64,000 bases of DNA from Vicugna vicugna (lineage: Eukaryota): positions 2,333,003 to 2,397,002 of the forward strand of contig MU058065.1 in the NCBI GenBank assembly GCA_013265495.1. The letters run 5' to 3'. The notes beneath the pieces are model-generated. The model had not been told where the DNA came from. It saw only the letters and a program-made list of their open reading frames with translations, and ran no database searches. The translations under genes and the position numbers were made by a program. The stretch's first letter is position 1. Every line of letters starts with the position of its first letter. Of the stretch, positions 61,271 through 64,000 are shown one piece after another.

Positions 61271-62375
61271 ATATATATATATATATATATTTATATTGAA
61301 GTATAGTTGATTTACAAGGCTGTGTTAGTTTCTGGTGTATAGCATAGTGATTCAGTTATACATATAGATTCTTTTTCATATTCTTTTTATTATAGGTTAT
61401 TATAAGATATTGAATATAGTTCCCTGTGCTATATAGTAGGTCCTTATTTATCTTTTTAAAAATTCTTATTGAATTGAAATATAGTTGATTTACAGTGTTG
61501 TGTTGTTTCAGATTACAGTGGTTCAGTTTTACATATACATACACATATATATATTCTTTTCAGATTCTTTTCCATTATTGGTTATTACAAGATATTGAAT
61601 ATAGTTCCCTGTGCTATATAGTAGGTCCTTATTTATCTTTTTAAAAATTCTTATTGAATTGAAATATAGTTGATTTACAGTGTTGTGTTGTTTCAGATTA
61701 CAGTGGTTCAGTTTTACATATACATACACATATATATATTCTTTTCAGATTCTTTTCCATTATTGGTTATTACAAGATATTGAATATAGTTGCCTGTGAT
61801 ATATTCTAGGTCCTTGTTGTTTATCTTCTTTATATATAGTAGTGTGTATCTGCTAATCCCAAACTCCTACTAATTTATTCCTCTCCCATTCCTTCCCTCT
61901 TTGGTAACCATAAGTTTGTTGCTATGTCTATGAGTGTGTTTCTGTTTTGTAAAGAAGTTCATTTGTATCACTTTTTAGATTCCACATATAAGTGATATCA
62001 TATTTGTCTTTCTCTGCCTTACTTCATTTAGTGTGCTAATCTCTAGGTCCATCCATGTTGTTGCAAATGGCATTATTCCATTCTTTTTTATGGCAGAGTA
62101 ATATTCCATTATATATGTATATACATATATATTGCATCTTCTTTATCTGGTCATTTTTCAATGGACATTTAAGTTGCTTCCATGTCTTGGCTATTGTAAA
62201 TAGTGTTGCTATGCACATTGGGGTTCAGGTATCTTTTCAAATAAGAGTGTTCTCCAGATATATGCCCAGGAGTAGGATTGCTGGATCATATGATGCTTCT
62301 ATTTTTAGTTTTTTTAGAGGAATCTCTATACTATTTTCCATAGTGGCTGCCCCAAATTACATTCCCACCAGCAAA
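61271..62375 (-). mobile_element. L1 3' region (ORF2 C-terminus + 3'UTR) with stacked/duplicated 3' ends and an (AT)n tail
   Basis: ORF 62036-62218(-) MCIATLFTIAKTWKQLKCP resembles the L1 ORF2 C-terminus; three successive L1 terminus motifs ttgaa.tatagttgatttaca. Confidence 0.9.
61404..61791. repeat. Perfect tandem duplication, period 185 bp
   Basis: aagatattgaatatagtt recurs at 61404, 61589 and 61774; two minus-strand ORFs starting identically (MYVYVKLNHCNLKQ...) are offset by 185. Confidence 0.92.
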
Positions 62376-63394
62376 CACTGTTTTTAGAATACTGACTCAT
62401 ATTAGAAAAGAGCCAACATGTAATTAGATATTTATGACAGCATAATATTATAAAGACAGAAATTAGAAGGCAGAGAACTTGGTCTCTTCCAACAGGAGAG
62501 AAAGCATTCTCTCACAAATTCCTGAATGAAGCAGACAGCTAGCTGACATTTTCTCGGGTGACAATCTCCACCTTTGCGGATCCAGCAAACACCCTTATGC
62601 ATTCACATTATTTACCCTGAAGAACCTTGGGATGTGATTGCTCAAGTCCTGCTTGTGTGTACAGATTTTTATTCTGCTTATTGCTTGAGGTTCATGTGAA
62701 ACTCGAGTGTGGCTTGCACTGCTGGGTGCCATCCCATTTAGCTCTCTCCACTGCTTTGAAACATGGTTTTAAGAAGGCACATCATGCTTTGGAAAAGGTG
62801 ATCTGGTCAGTGAGTATACAAGGCAACTTTTAAATAAAGTTAATACTCATTAACATTTACTACTAGTAGTAGGAACAGCTGTAATGATTGAGTGTGGACT
62901 TTGAAATCCTGCCAGCGTCTTTTGGAGGCATAAGAATGATTATCTATCTCCAGTTTATAGGGAGGAAATCGAGGCACAATGAGGTTAAGCATGTTGCCCA
63001 AAGTCACATGGCGGGTCAAAGGAGAAACCAGATCTGCACCTAGGGCGTCTGTTTGCAGAAACTCCTCTCCTCCTAAGACAATCCCAGCACATTACTCTGG
63101 GCAGATGCTACCTCTCCACTCTTTCTCTGTCCCACTCAGTTGAGGACTAGGTGATTTCAATTATTCTCCATCGCCATCCCCTCTCCCAGACCTGGATTTT
63201 GAAATCACTGGCTTTGAGGTTCATCCCTTGCCCAACATATACATTTATCTAGTGACTCTGTACTCATTATCAGCCTACACATGGCCACAGGATTCCATGG
63301 GGAGTTCGACTGAGTGCTACAAAGCCAAAGACTGTTGCTCCGGAACACCAGGGCTAAGAATTCTCTGGTTGATGTGAATTTAAATATCAACCGC

Positions 63395-63522
63395 GACAGC
63401 GAAAAAAAAATGTGACAATGAATATACGTATGTTCATGTATAACTAAAAAATTGTGCTCTACGCTGGAATTTGATGCAACATTGTAAAATGACTGTAACT
63501 CGATAAAAAAAAGTTCAAAAAA
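63395..63522 (+). mobile_element. Short young L1 3' end with TSD (same subfamily as 48828)
   Basis: tttgatgcaacattgtaaaatgactgtaactc + A-tail; TSD aaatatcaaccgc (63382-63394) / aaatatcgaccgc (63523-63535). Confidence 0.8.
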
Positions 63523-64000
63523 AAATATCGACCGCAGAGTTCAGTATATTCCACAGGAGACTGGCAACGTATGATACCCATATGGCATTAAGCTTCAGAA
63601 CAAACTGAAAACCTCTCAAGCAGGAAGGCGTCTTCTCCCATCCAGCTATAAATCTGGCCCCAAACATCACATCTATGTCTTGGGCCACTCAGCAGCGTCA
63701 CCACCGCTGGGTATGGCGAGCGGCCACAAGAACCTCCTGGGGCGTGTCACTGTTCGAGCATTCAGAATTCCAAAGTAGGATGGATATAAGCAGTGAGGAA
63801 ATGGTGGCCAAGGTCAGCTGAAAGTGTGATGCGGCAGTCAGGAATAACGCCAGTTCTTTGACACCAAGACCTTGAGTGGGGAAGCCAAGTCTCTGAACAC
63901 GACTGAAGGATCAAATTATGAAATTGTTTCAAAGGCTCTCCGGTTTATTTGGCGCCTAGTAGGCTGACATTTTCTGCATTTTAATGATTATTGTAACCAT

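Noticed and set aside
61404..61791. CRISPR-like or other prokaryotic-style repeat array
   Set aside because: The units are contiguous L1 3'UTR copies with no spacers, in a eukaryotic context.
1..64000. The many 60-190 aa ORFs in the six-frame track (e.g. 5781-6359, 11353-11850, 22380-22895, 33030-33533, 58550-59089)
   Set aside because: They have no recognisable domains and lie in introns, repeats or antisense to WDFY1 exons. Their lengths are what random mammalian DNA yields. Only the parts overlapping WDFY1 exons or decayed L1 ORF2 are meaningful.
40500..64000. A second gene (AP1S3 is the recalled downstream neighbour in human) or a processed pseudogene
   Set aside because: No CpG-island promoter with a first exon and no recognisable coding exons were found. 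The neighbour probably starts beyond the window.

Overview
This is mammalian genomic DNA, most likely camelid: it carries four tRNA-derived SINEs resembling the camelid Vic-1 family plus cetartiodactyl-type L1 3' ends. The + strand holds coding exons 2-12 of WDFY1 (WD40 repeat and FYVE domain protein 1) at 12152-37144. All exons were spliced by eye into one open frame (1096 coding nt including the stop). Exon 1 lies upstream of the window. A ~3.3 kb 3'UTR ends near the AATAAA at 40400. Intron 5 (24490-26112) is a U12-type minor-spliceosome GT-AG intron. The rest is intronic or intergenic DNA rich in LINE, SINE, LTR and DNA-transposon relics. The most notable unexplained structures are: a locally templated inverted duplication inserted into a MIR (60735-61355) next to a perfect 185-bp tandem duplication; a tiny L1 insertion with an apparent 3' transduction; a strong CTCF motif in a CpG-rich L2 relic; and two perfect palindromes. 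I found no evidence of a genuinely new biological system. Most listed ORFs are noise. Repeat family names and comparisons with human WDFY1 are from recall, not from a database search.
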